Shown here piece by piece: positions 1-7,853 of a stretch of DNA of 45,483 nucleotides; position 1 is the first letter of the stretch, and each line of letters opens with the position of its first letter. This stretch comes from a bacterium. Its GTDB lineage: Bacteria > Pseudomonadota > Alphaproteobacteria > Rhodobacterales > Rhodobacteraceae. Location of the stretch: assembly GCA_043746955.1 (NCBI GenBank), contig JAYTQA010000313.1:1-45483 (forward strand), given 5' to 3'. The notes under the pieces were generated by a model. It searched no databases. It saw only the letters and a program-made list of their open reading frames with translations, and was not told the origin of the DNA. The position numbers were made by a program, and so were the translations under genes.

Positions 1-1638
1 GCGGTCCGCCTCGGACGGGTCATAGACGTAACGCTTTTCGGTATGGGGGTTCCACAGCACGACGCGGTCAAGATCCAGTGGCATCTCGCCACCGTGGGCC
101 TGCATGTAGAGGAAGGGCACCACATGGGTCAGCTTACCCTCGCGCCGCGACGCTTCGCGCAAGGTGTCGATCAGTTCATCCGGCATGGTGCTGTAGGCGG
201 CGTCAAAGCTTTTGAACCGGGCAATCATCGACAGGTAATGCGGCGCGAAGTTGGCTGCCATCAGCCGGTCACCAGCCACCAGATCCGCCAGAACCTCGGC
301 ATAGACGGTCAGGCCCGCCACGTCAGAGATCGACATATGCGCACCGGCACGGGCGTGGAAGAACGCAACCAGATCGTCTGGCTTGTCCTGCCCGTAGGCC
401 ATGTTGATGATCACGCCATGGGCGATCGACATATATTCCTGAGCATAGGAATGGGCCGGTTCGTGCCAGGCGCACATATTGGGGTTGGAGACGGTGACCC
501 CCCCAGCGGCGGCGTGGCGCAAGTTGAACTCGATGTCATCGCCGCGCAGGAAAAACGCGATGGGCAGGCCAATTTCGCTGAGCCGGACATAGGGCATCGA
601 CAGGAAAATGAAGGTGGAATATTCGGCATGGTGCAGGCGGGCCATCTCATCCAGATGGTCGGAGCCTTTGAAAATCCGGCTGTGGCGCAGCAGGCGGGGT
701 GCGATGGCGGTGCGTTTGCCGCGCGGACTGCCCGGCGTGTAGCGGCCCCAGAAGCCGCCATCCTCCCACACCCGGCGCGGTTCGGATTTCATGAACACCG
801 GCAGGGTGTGGAAGGCGTTGTCGCGGCGAAACAACGTGGTGCCCCAGTTGCGCGACAGGCTTTCGACCGACACGTCGATGTCATCATCGGTCAGCACCAG
901 TTCGTTGATGATGACGCCGGAGTCTTTGACCGCCTGTTGCAGCGCCAAAAGCTCCACGCTCATATTGCCGCCGCCGCCCAAGTTGGGGCCTGACATGACG
1001 AAAGTGTTCAACAGGTCAGAGCCCGCCAGATCGGCGTAACTGGTGGCATCAAGGCCGGTGGAACTGTCGTAGATCAGGAAAAAAATGTTGGCCAGAACAT
1101 CGCTGTAGCCGCCTTGTGCGGCCTGATCCTGAAACTGGTCGAGCAGATTTTGCACGTCATGGGTGCGTCCGAAAGTGCGGATCAGCACGACCATGCGGCC
1201 TTCGGTGGTGGCGGGCGCACGGGCTTCCCAGGTCACCGACATCAGCTCGCAGGCGTCGTTCAAAGCCCGGGCGACCCAGAACAAGCGCACATTGCGCGGC
1301 AGGTTCTGGACCGAGCCAAGGTCAAGCCGCACGGTCGAGACCTCTTCCGAGGCGATGATGCGTTCGGCCAAGGGGATCGGCGGCTCGCCCAACCGGCTTT
1401 GATAGACGAGGATCTGAAACCGGCCGCGAAAGGTCAGCTTCAGCGCGAGGTCGAGCACCCGGCTGTGCGATTGCAGAACCTGCGGAAAGAACGAATTGCG
1501 CAGCGTGCCGGTGTCGAGCATTTCCTGGTTCATCAGGCGCAATTCGGAGCCGGGGCTCGGGCGGAAATGGTCGTGTTTGTCAACAAAGAAAAGGTCGTCC
1601 ATCCCCATGATGCGGTTGGACAAATCAATGCCCTGCAC
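1..1638 (-). CDS. GT2 glycosyltransferase, GlfT2-like galactofuranosyltransferase (3' end runs off window)
   Basis: Not in the ORF track because there is no stop in the window. Manual translation from GTG 1638 (AGGGGG upstream) is open to position 1: VQGIDLSNRIMG...VVLIRTFGR...GPNLGGGGN...LVLTDDDIDV...IGLPIAFFLRGDDIEFNLRH...NMCAWHEP. This matches GlfT2 family motifs (TFxR, NLGG, DDD, GLP..F...DDxE, WH). Confidence 0.8.
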   Translation of the reverse strand, partial: MQGIDLSNRIMGMDDLFFVDKHDHFRPSPGSELRLMNQEMLDTGTLRNSFFPQVLQSHSRVLDLALKLTFRGRFQILVYQSRLGEPPIPLAERIIASEEVSTVRLDLGSVQNLPRNVRLFWVARALNDACELMSVTWEARAPATTEGRMVVLIRTFGRTHDVQNLLDQFQDQAAQGGYSDVLANIFFLIYDSSTGLDATSYADLAGSDLLNTFVMSGPNLGGGGNMSVELLALQQAVKDSGVIINELVLTDDDIDVSVESLSRNWGTTLFRRDNAFHTLPVFMKSEPRRVWEDGGFWGRYTPGSPRGKRTAIAPRLLRHSRIFKGSDHLDEMARLHHAEYSTFIFLSMPYVRLSEIGLPIAFFLRGDDIEFNLRHAAAGGVTVSNPNMCAWHEPAHSYAQEYMSIAHGVIINMAYGQDKPDDLVAFFHARAGAHMSISDVAGLTVYAEVLADLVAGDRLMAANFAPHYLSMIARFKSFDAAYSTMPDELIDTLREASRREGKLTHVVPFLYMQAHGGEMPLDLDRVVLWNPHTEKRYVYDPSEADR

Positions 1639-1736
1639 CCGGAAATAATCCCCCCTATTGATCGGTCTGGTCTTGGCCGCCCACGACCGCAGCGCTGAGG
1701 CAAGCTTGGCCGTGGTTTGCAAATATCCGTTCGCCG

Positions 1737-2738
1737 TCATGGCCGGCCAATCTCCGAAACCGCTGAACCTTCCGGGGCCGACACCAACGGTAGGGGCCGC
1801 CCGGAGCGTTCTTGGCCTTGCGCATAAGGCAAGCCTTTCGCCCCTGCAACAGATAAGACATGGGCGAGCACCGAAACCGCCAGAGTGCGCGGGTCGCGAC
1901 ACGATCCGATCAAGCCGAAACTGGGTTCCAAGTTGGCCATATGTTTGGACTTTACCCCGATCTCGGTCAGGTCGGCCAGCAGGCGATTGCGGGCATTCAG
2001 GCTGCCCTGCGCACCGATGAAGAAGGCATCTGAGGGCAGGAATTGCGCCAGGATCCGCGCCTCATTCTCGTGGTCATGGAAGAACAAAGCGATGGCAGTG
2101 CGGCGGTCGGGCATGGGGCAAATGTAGCTGCGAAAACTGGGCACCTCGGTGATATTCAACGGGCCGATCCGCGACAGATCGGTTTGCAGACCCGATTGGC
2201 CATAAAGGGTCACGTCATAGCCGGCAGCCTGGGCCATCAGGGCAAAAGACATCGCCTCGATGCCGTGGCCGTAGACCCAAAAACGCAGTTCGGGTTCCAG
2301 CGTGATGATCAGGTCGTCGGAATTTGTCGTCGGTGGGGCAAGGCGCAAGGTGCCCGCAGCGGTGATCGACAAAGTGGCGTCCTGGCGCGCGTCGCCCAAG
2401 GCCAGAACCGCGCGGAGCAAGACCGGATCGGGGTTTGGGATCAACAACACCTGCAAACCACCGCCGCAGGGCAGTTTCAGATCGAAGAAGGGCGAGCCCT
2501 GACCATAGCGCAGGGTGACGCTTTTACCGGTGCGAAGCGCGGTTACCGCATGTTCGGCAATGTCATCCTCGATGCAACCCGACGACAGCGAGCCGGTGCG
2601 CTGCCGGTCCGGCCCGAAGGCCATCATCGTGCCAAGGTTGCGGTACGACGTGCCGGTGATCCCTGTGATCACGGCAAGCACACCGCCGGTGTCGGCAAGA
2701 CGCCGCAGCGGCACCCGGTTGCTGGCATATTCGATCAT
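1737..2738 (-). CDS. xdhC: XdhC/CoxI family molybdoenzyme maturation factor
   Basis: Motifs GTSYRNLGTMM, GSLSSGCIE, LPCGGGL, FHDH, FIGAQGS, LAVSVLA; AAGGAG RBS before ATG 2738. Confidence 0.85.
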   Translation of the reverse strand: MIEYASNRVPLRRLADTGGVLAVITGITGTSYRNLGTMMAFGPDRQRTGSLSSGCIEDDIAEHAVTALRTGKSVTLRYGQGSPFFDLKLPCGGGLQVLLIPNPDPVLLRAVLALGDARQDATLSITAAGTLRLAPPTTNSDDLIITLEPELRFWVYGHGIEAMSFALMAQAAGYDVTLYGQSGLQTDLSRIGPLNITEVPSFRSYICPMPDRRTAIALFFHDHENEARILAQFLPSDAFFIGAQGSLNARNRLLADLTEIGVKSKHMANLEPSFGLIGSCRDPRTLAVSVLAHVLSVAGAKGLPYAQGQERSGRPLPLVSAPEGSAVSEIGRP

Positions 2739-2815
2739 GTGACGGTTCTCCTTGCCGCAATTTGCGGCAGGACGGGTCATCACGCCAGACTTGTTTTTTG
2801 TATCGGAAGCGCCGG

Positions 2816-3496
2816 TCAGTGGGCCACGGGTTCGCGGATTGCGGTAATGATCGAGGTCAGCGCCTCGACCCCGCCGGGCAGCATCGCCGAGACGCCGTTG
2901 GCGGTGGACCTGATCTCAGAGATTTTGCCGTAGTATTCAACCGAAGAGCTACCCAGAAGCGTCGCCCCGGAATAGCTTTCCATGGACAGGGTATAGACCC
3001 CCTTCGGCAAGGCAGCGCCGGTCGAATCCAGGCCTTGCCAGCTGTAATCGGCACTTCCCAGTGGCAATTGCGTGCGCGAAACCTCGGTCCCGCTGGCATT
3101 TTTGACGACCAGCACCGCCTTGTCAGCGTCCGCGCCGGGATTGGGCGAGATGGTAACCGGCGTGCTGCCATCGAAATAAGCGGGGGCTGCCAGACGCGCC
3201 TCTTTGCCGACCCAGCCGACCATCTGGCTCATAGCGCCAACCGAGTTCTGGGTGATCATCTGCGACAGCAGGTCGTTGGTTTTGGTCTGCTGTTCGACCC
3301 CCGAAAAGGTGGCCAGTTGCACGGCCAACTGGTCCGCGCTCATCGGGTTGAGCGGATCTTGATACTTGATCTGCGCGGTCATCATTTTGAGGAACGTGTC
3401 GTAGTTGGTGTCTGGCGGGCGCGCGGCGGTCGGCGGCGTGGTGCCGAATGTGGTGGCAGCAGGCGTGGTGGTCGAAGTGGGGACGGTCAGAGCCAT
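2816..3496 (-). CDS. flgD: Flagellar hook capping protein FlgD
   Basis: YDTFLKMMTAQIKYQDPLNPM...QLATFSGVEQQ motif; follows fliK. Confidence 0.95.
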   Translation of the reverse strand: MALTVPTSTTTPAATTFGTTPPTAARPPDTNYDTFLKMMTAQIKYQDPLNPMSADQLAVQLATFSGVEQQTKTNDLLSQMITQNSVGAMSQMVGWVGKEARLAAPAYFDGSTPVTISPNPGADADKAVLVVKNASGTEVSRTQLPLGSADYSWQGLDSTGAALPKGVYTLSMESYSGATLLGSSSVEYYGKISEIRSTANGVSAMLPGGVEALTSIITAIREPVAH

Positions 3497-3508
3497 GGTG
3501 AGGTCCTT

Positions 3509-6500
3509 TCAGAGACGAAGGTCGAGCCCGGCGCCCGCAACACGGGGGCGCGGGACCGGGATAGGTTCGGGCGAGACGGGGTGGGTCAGGTCATCGGCCG
3601 CGGTGACAGCCGACGGGTCGGGTTTGGCGGACCCCTGACCCGGCTGCCCCCACTGGCTGAAACTGAGCGTGCCGGGGTCCATGCCCGCAGCCCGGAATTC
3701 CTGACGCAGATCTTCGGCATGGCGGCGCAGAAGAACCAGCGTTTCGGGTCGCTCGGCGGCAAGGGTGACCTGCAATTGATCGCCGTGGCTGACGATGTCA
3801 AAGCGCATCCGTCCAAGCTCTGCCGGTTCGAGGATCAGTTCGGCGCGGGCGTGGCCACTGTTAGTCACGGTATGGCAGAGCGAGGTGGCGAAACCTTTGG
3901 GCAGGTCTGCGGTGGTGTGGTCCGAGCCGTGGGGTGCATTGGGTTGCGGCAGGGGCTGCATTTGGAGGAGCGGCATGGGTTGGGCCACGATAAATGCCGG
4001 ATTGGCGGTGTTGGCCAAAGTCGCGGGCGGTGGGACCGTTTGCGCGGCCAAGGGTGCGGTGGACGTAGGGAGGCCGGGGCCAGCGTCGGGTTGCGCAGGG
4101 TTTTTGGCCGGCGGCAGGCTGTCTGGCGGCAGGCTGGCTGGCGGCAGGCTGGCTGGCGGCAGGGTTGCCTGCCCGGAGCTCGCAACCGGCACGCGCAAAG
4201 GATGCACCCGCGCGACCAAACCTTCGGTCGGTTCAGGCTGGGTCAGGGTGGTTTGAGGGCGGGATTTGGCGTGCGAAAGGGGTCGGAGGCTGGGCAGTTG
4301 GGGTGCAATTGTTGAAACGCGGGCTGAAGCGGCCAGCGGCCCGGGAGCCTGCGGCGATCCGGCTGACTGTGCGGGGGTATCGGGCATGGATATTGGCTGG
4401 GTTGGGCCCGACTGGGCAATTTGCGCCGGTGATGTGGCACTGCGCAGGTCCGGGATTTGGGCTGGGGCTTTGGTTTTAAGTGGCGCTGTGTCGCTGGGTT
4501 GCACCGGCGTCGGGCCCGGCTTGGTCGGCAGTGCCACGCGGTCGGACGGCGGCGGGCGGGGTAGATGGGTTGCAACGGGCGGCTCGGCGGGCGGATCAGG
4601 CGCAAGCTTGGGATCAGGATTGGCTGGCTGAGCCGGGGTCTGCGCTGATTTCGCCAAAAACCGGTCCGCACTGGGCTGGGCGACTGGGGCCTTGGACGGC
4701 AAGGCGGCTGGCGGATTTGGCGCGATGGCTTTTGCTGACCCAAGACCGGGCTTGTTAAGCGGTGTGGCGGGTTGGGCCGGTTGATCCGCATCACGCGCGC
4801 CGAAGTTGGACGGTGCGGCCAGCGGGTTGGCCAATTCAGGCTCGGCCAAGGTGTATTCGAGCGGGCTGTTGGCGGGCTGCTGGGTTTCGGGCAGGTTTGT
4901 CGGCGGGTTTGTCGGCGGGTTTGTGAGCGGGTTTGTCGGCGGGTTTGTCGGCGGGGCGGCGGGCGGCAGCGGCGCGTTGGTCTGGGCGGGCTGAGGATTT
5001 GGCGCCTTGGCGTTGGCTTCGCGGTCCAGCATGTGCTGAAAGCGCGACATGGCCAACGCGGGGGTCAATATCTGGTGCGGCTGAAAGGCCGGCCCTTGCA
5101 GCGTTAATGCGCCGGCGGGCAACCTTAGCTGTCGCGACAAGCGACTTGGCGGGATCGAGGGGTCAACCTGCGCTAAAGCGGTTTGATTTGTCGGGGCGGG
5201 CGGTTGCTGGAGCCCCAAGGCTGCGGGGTCGTCCGTTGCGGGCGCCAGGTGCGGGATGCTCACTTGGGACGCAGGTGCTGGCATGTCATCGGTCAGCGAA
5301 ATCGCAGGCAGAGCCGGCTCCGCAGCCGGCCGGAATGCAACGGCTTGGGCGCTGAACGGCTCAGGCACCACAACGGTATCAGCGGAACTGCCGGACCGGG
5401 GCGTGGCCATGGCCGGTGCGGTAACTTCTGCGGGTTTGGCCGCAGGACTTGTGGGCGCAGGATCAGGTGGGGCTACGGCGTCCAGAACTGTTCGGATTGC
5501 GAGGTGAATTGGGATGGCATCTTCAACCGGGCGGGTTGAAGGGCTGGAAATTACCGCGTTTTGAGGCGAGGCCGGCTGGGGCGGCGGGTTGGGCGCTGCG
5601 CTTTTGCGCGGGGCATTTGCGGAGGACTGAGGGTTTGGCGAAGGATCGGGCGGGACGGACGGGGGGCGGTTCGTCTTGGACGGAGGTGTTGGCCGCGCTG
5701 CCGAAGTGGAAGGCCCCGCGCCACCGCCATGCCGCGGGCTGGGCGGCGGTGCAGCTGTCGCAATGGTTGCGGCCAGAGGGGTCAGCGTGGCTGGGAGTAG
5801 CGCGGATGCGGGCAGCGCCGGTGGGAGTGGTGCGGATGCGGTCAGCGCGGCTGGGGATAGCCCGGCAGGGGGTAGCCCGGATGCGGGTAGCCCGGCGTGA
5901 GGTAGCGCTGCCGGGGCGGGCTGAGCAACAATCGCTGAACCCTCTGACGCCGTCTGCCTGGCTTCGCCGGACGGATCGACGTTGGGCAGGTTGGCTTCAG
6001 GTTCGGCAGACTGTGGCGCGATAAGACCGGAGGACTGCATGGGCCGGGGCCCGCTGCTGGCACCATCGGGCAGACTTGGTGAACCGATGCCAGAAACTGG
6101 CGCGGTCTGCCGCCCGGAGGGTTGGAGCGTGCCGGATGGCGGGTTACTGGCCAAAGGGGCTGCGCCCTGCGCTGCTGCCGGTTGGGGCGCAGGGGGTAGA
6201 GGCTGGAGGGCGAACGGAAACGACATCGGATTGGTCCCGCCAGCGTGGGGTTCTGTGCGCGGGGGCGTCGCGGCGGCAGGCTGAGGCAGGGGCTGAGGCG
6301 TGACGGGGCTGGGCCGGGGGTTGTCACCTTCAAACTCTGCCGAGGTTGGGGCGGCGAGTTGCCGATGACCGGGCGATTTTGGTGCAAGGTTCGGGTCGGG
6401 GAGGAGCGCAGGATTTGGAGGCGCGGGAGTTAGGGACGCAGGCAGGGTTATCTCACTTGCGACGGTCGCAAGGTCGGGCTTAGGCACCGCAAGATCGGGG

Positions 6501-6937
6501 GTTGCTGCCCCCGGCGCAGCAAGGTTCGGTGGCGTGAGATCGGCGAGCGCAGCCCCAACCTCTGCCAAGAGCGGCGGGTCGGGCCTGGGCTGGGATTCAG
6601 GGAATTCGGCGGGAGGCATAGCGATTGCCGAGGTGGCCAGCACCAGATCCGGCTGGTCGACAGTCTTCCCGGCCGTGAGGTTCTGGCGGCGGTGGTGCGG
6701 CGAGGTCGGCCCCACAGGCGCGCTGGTTTTGGCGAGCGCAGCCGCAGGACGACCGATCACCGTCGCAGCCGGGGCGAACTTGAGACCGACGGACGCATCG
6801 ATTTGCGCGGCGGTGGCATCGGTCCCTTGCGCAAAGACGCTGGCGAAATCAGCGGCGGGTGATGCAATATCCGTGCCAGTTGCGGCACCTTTGGCGGCCA
6901 TAGATTTGGGAACAGACAGGATCTGCATCGAATTCAT
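3509..6937 (-). CDS. fliK: Flagellar hook-length control protein FliK, very long (~1142 aa), Pro/Ala-rich
   Basis: C-terminal Flg_hook domain AELILEPAELGRMRF...LAAERPETLVLLRRHAEDLRQEF...GLDLRL; directly upstream of flgD. Start placed at ATG 6937 because the longer ORF start overlaps flgJ. Confidence 0.85.
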   Translation of the reverse strand: MNSMQILSVPKSMAAKGAATGTDIASPAADFASVFAQGTDATAAQIDASVGLKFAPAATVIGRPAAALAKTSAPVGPTSPHHRRQNLTAGKTVDQPDLVLATSAIAMPPAEFPESQPRPDPPLLAEVGAALADLTPPNLAAPGAATPDLAVPKPDLATVASEITLPASLTPAPPNPALLPDPNLAPKSPGHRQLAAPTSAEFEGDNPRPSPVTPQPLPQPAAATPPRTEPHAGGTNPMSFPFALQPLPPAPQPAAAQGAAPLASNPPSGTLQPSGRQTAPVSGIGSPSLPDGASSGPRPMQSSGLIAPQSAEPEANLPNVDPSGEARQTASEGSAIVAQPAPAALPHAGLPASGLPPAGLSPAALTASAPLPPALPASALLPATLTPLAATIATAAPPPSPRHGGGAGPSTSAARPTPPSKTNRPPSVPPDPSPNPQSSANAPRKSAAPNPPPQPASPQNAVISSPSTRPVEDAIPIHLAIRTVLDAVAPPDPAPTSPAAKPAEVTAPAMATPRSGSSADTVVVPEPFSAQAVAFRPAAEPALPAISLTDDMPAPASQVSIPHLAPATDDPAALGLQQPPAPTNQTALAQVDPSIPPSRLSRQLRLPAGALTLQGPAFQPHQILTPALAMSRFQHMLDREANAKAPNPQPAQTNAPLPPAAPPTNPPTNPLTNPPTNPPTNLPETQQPANSPLEYTLAEPELANPLAAPSNFGARDADQPAQPATPLNKPGLGSAKAIAPNPPAALPSKAPVAQPSADRFLAKSAQTPAQPANPDPKLAPDPPAEPPVATHLPRPPPSDRVALPTKPGPTPVQPSDTAPLKTKAPAQIPDLRSATSPAQIAQSGPTQPISMPDTPAQSAGSPQAPGPLAASARVSTIAPQLPSLRPLSHAKSRPQTTLTQPEPTEGLVARVHPLRVPVASSGQATLPPASLPPASLPPDSLPPAKNPAQPDAGPGLPTSTAPLAAQTVPPPATLANTANPAFIVAQPMPLLQMQPLPQPNAPHGSDHTTADLPKGFATSLCHTVTNSGHARAELILEPAELGRMRFDIVSHGDQLQVTLAAERPETLVLLRRHAEDLRQEFRAAGMDPGTLSFSQWGQPGQGSAKPDPSAVTAADDLTHPVSPEPIPVPRPRVAGAGLDLRL
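4110..4163. repeat. 15-bp tandem repeat (GGCGGCAGGCTGGCT, ~3.6 copies) encoding LPPAS/LPPDS in FliK
   Basis: Read directly from the sequence. Confidence 0.9.
4894..4953. repeat. 12-bp tandem repeat (GGTTTGTCGGCG x5, third copy variant) encoding PPTN in FliK
   Basis: Read directly from the sequence. Confidence 0.95.
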
Positions 6938-6987
6938 CGCATTGGTCCGACTTCTGCCGACATTCCGCGATCTTTCGCCGCCAACGG

Positions 6988-7002
6988 TTACCAGCTGTTT
7001 AC
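6988..7002. promoter_or_regulatory. CtrA-like box in divergent fliK/flgJ promoter (TTAC-N7-TTAC)
   Basis: TTAC CAGCTGT TTAC; one mismatch per half-site to TTAA-N7-TTAA. Confidence 0.6.
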
Positions 7003-7048
7003 CGATTGGCCTGATAGTGTGGAAAATCCGCAGCATTTGGAGAATCCG

Positions 7049-7333
7049 ATGCAAATTGCCCCACCGCACGACCCAGCCAGCGCGCTCCCGCCTGCCCGCG
7101 CGGCCCTACTGATGAAGAAGGCCAAGGAGCTGGAAGCGAATTTCCTTTCGGAAATGCTGTCTTACACCGGGCTGGATGCGCAAAAAGGCGAATTTACCGG
7201 CGGGATTGGCGAGGATCGGTTCGCGTCTTTCCTGCGGGATGCCCAGGCCAAGGCGATGGTCGAACACGGCGGGGTCGGCCTGTCCCAAAGCATTTTCAAC
7301 TCTTTGGTGAAGCGCGATTATGCCGGTAAGTGA
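7049..7333 (+). CDS. flgJ: Rod-binding protein, single-domain FlgJ
   Basis: KAKELEANFLSEML...GGIGEDRFASFL...GGVGLSQSI rod-binding motif; GGAG RBS before ATG 7049. Confidence 0.85.
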   Translation: MQIAPPHDPASALPPARAALLMKKAKELEANFLSEMLSYTGLDAQKGEFTGGIGEDRFASFLRDAQAKAMVEHGGVGLSQSIFNSLVKRDYAGK

Positions 7334-7652
7334 GCCACGCGCAGCCATTCTGCTGGATGAAGTGCAGGCCGCCGTGCTTCGCCGCGACTATAGCGCCCTG
7401 GCCGGGTTGAGCCTTGCATTGGAGGCGGAACTGGATCACCCGAGTGCGATGCTGAATGCGGCAGGGTTGGCGGTCATTGCCCGCAAGGCCGAGCGTAACG
7501 CGGCCACATTGGTGGCCGTGCAGCGGGGGATTCGGGCAGCACTGCGCCGGATGACCGAGATCAAATCGGTCGCGAGCGGGCTGGTGACCTATGACCGGTC
7601 AGGCCGCAAGGCCGCGTCCACCGTGGCGACCGGCTTGACCGCGAGATTTTAG
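7320..7652 (+). CDS. flgN: FlgN-like flagellar export chaperone
   Basis: Helical protein with RNAATL..V..GIRAA..R and TYDRSG; position between flgJ and flagellin. Confidence 0.65.
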   Translation: MPVSEPRAAILLDEVQAAVLRRDYSALAGLSLALEAELDHPSAMLNAAGLAVIARKAERNAATLVAVQRGIRAALRRMTEIKSVASGLVTYDRSGRKAASTVATGLTARF

Positions 7653-7689
7653 ACTTTCAATCAAATCCCATGAATTCAATCGGTTGCAA

Positions 7690-7704
7690 TTAGTATTCTC
7701 TTAG
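7690..7704. promoter_or_regulatory. CtrA-like box upstream of flagellin (TTAG-N7-TTAG)
   Basis: TTAG TATTCTC TTAG in an AT-rich intergenic stretch. Confidence 0.55.
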
Positions 7705-7729
7705 AGGTTGTGGCGCTTGATGAGCCTTG

Positions 7730-7834
7730 CATCCCTGGTGGGGTGGCGCGTTCCGGTAGGCCCGGTCGCACTGGAAAGAAAGCCCAACGGCCATCATTGG
7801 GATGGTGCAACAAGTCGTGCGCAAAGCGTCGGCT
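7730..7834 (+). promoter_or_regulatory. Structured flagellin 5' leader (four hairpins), candidate FlbT target
   Basis: Stems CATCCC/GGGGTG, TTCCGGT/ACTGGAA, GCCATC/GATGGT, AGTCG/CGGCT; flbT lies two genes downstream of flagellin. Confidence 0.45.
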
Positions 7835-7853
7835 GCCCACAAAGGAAACGGAA

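Noticed and set aside
43-1698. Plus-strand ORFs 43..993 and 1114..1698
   Set aside because: Antisense shadows of the minus-strand glycosyltransferase; no recognisable motifs.
4894-4953. Possible CRISPR-like repeat array
   Set aside because: Head-to-tail 12-bp units with no spacers, in frame inside fliK, and no cas genes in the window.
2762-7112. Long Gly/Arg-rich plus-strand ORFs (e.g. 2762..4315, 6534..7112)
   Set aside because: Antisense to flgD and Pro-rich fliK; stop-poor frames are expected in GC-rich DNA.
7810-7835. GCGCAAAGCGTCGGC resembling part of a c-di-GMP-I riboswitch
   Set aside because: The GCAAAC/P2 GNRA-tetraloop arrangement is missing; only a short word matches.
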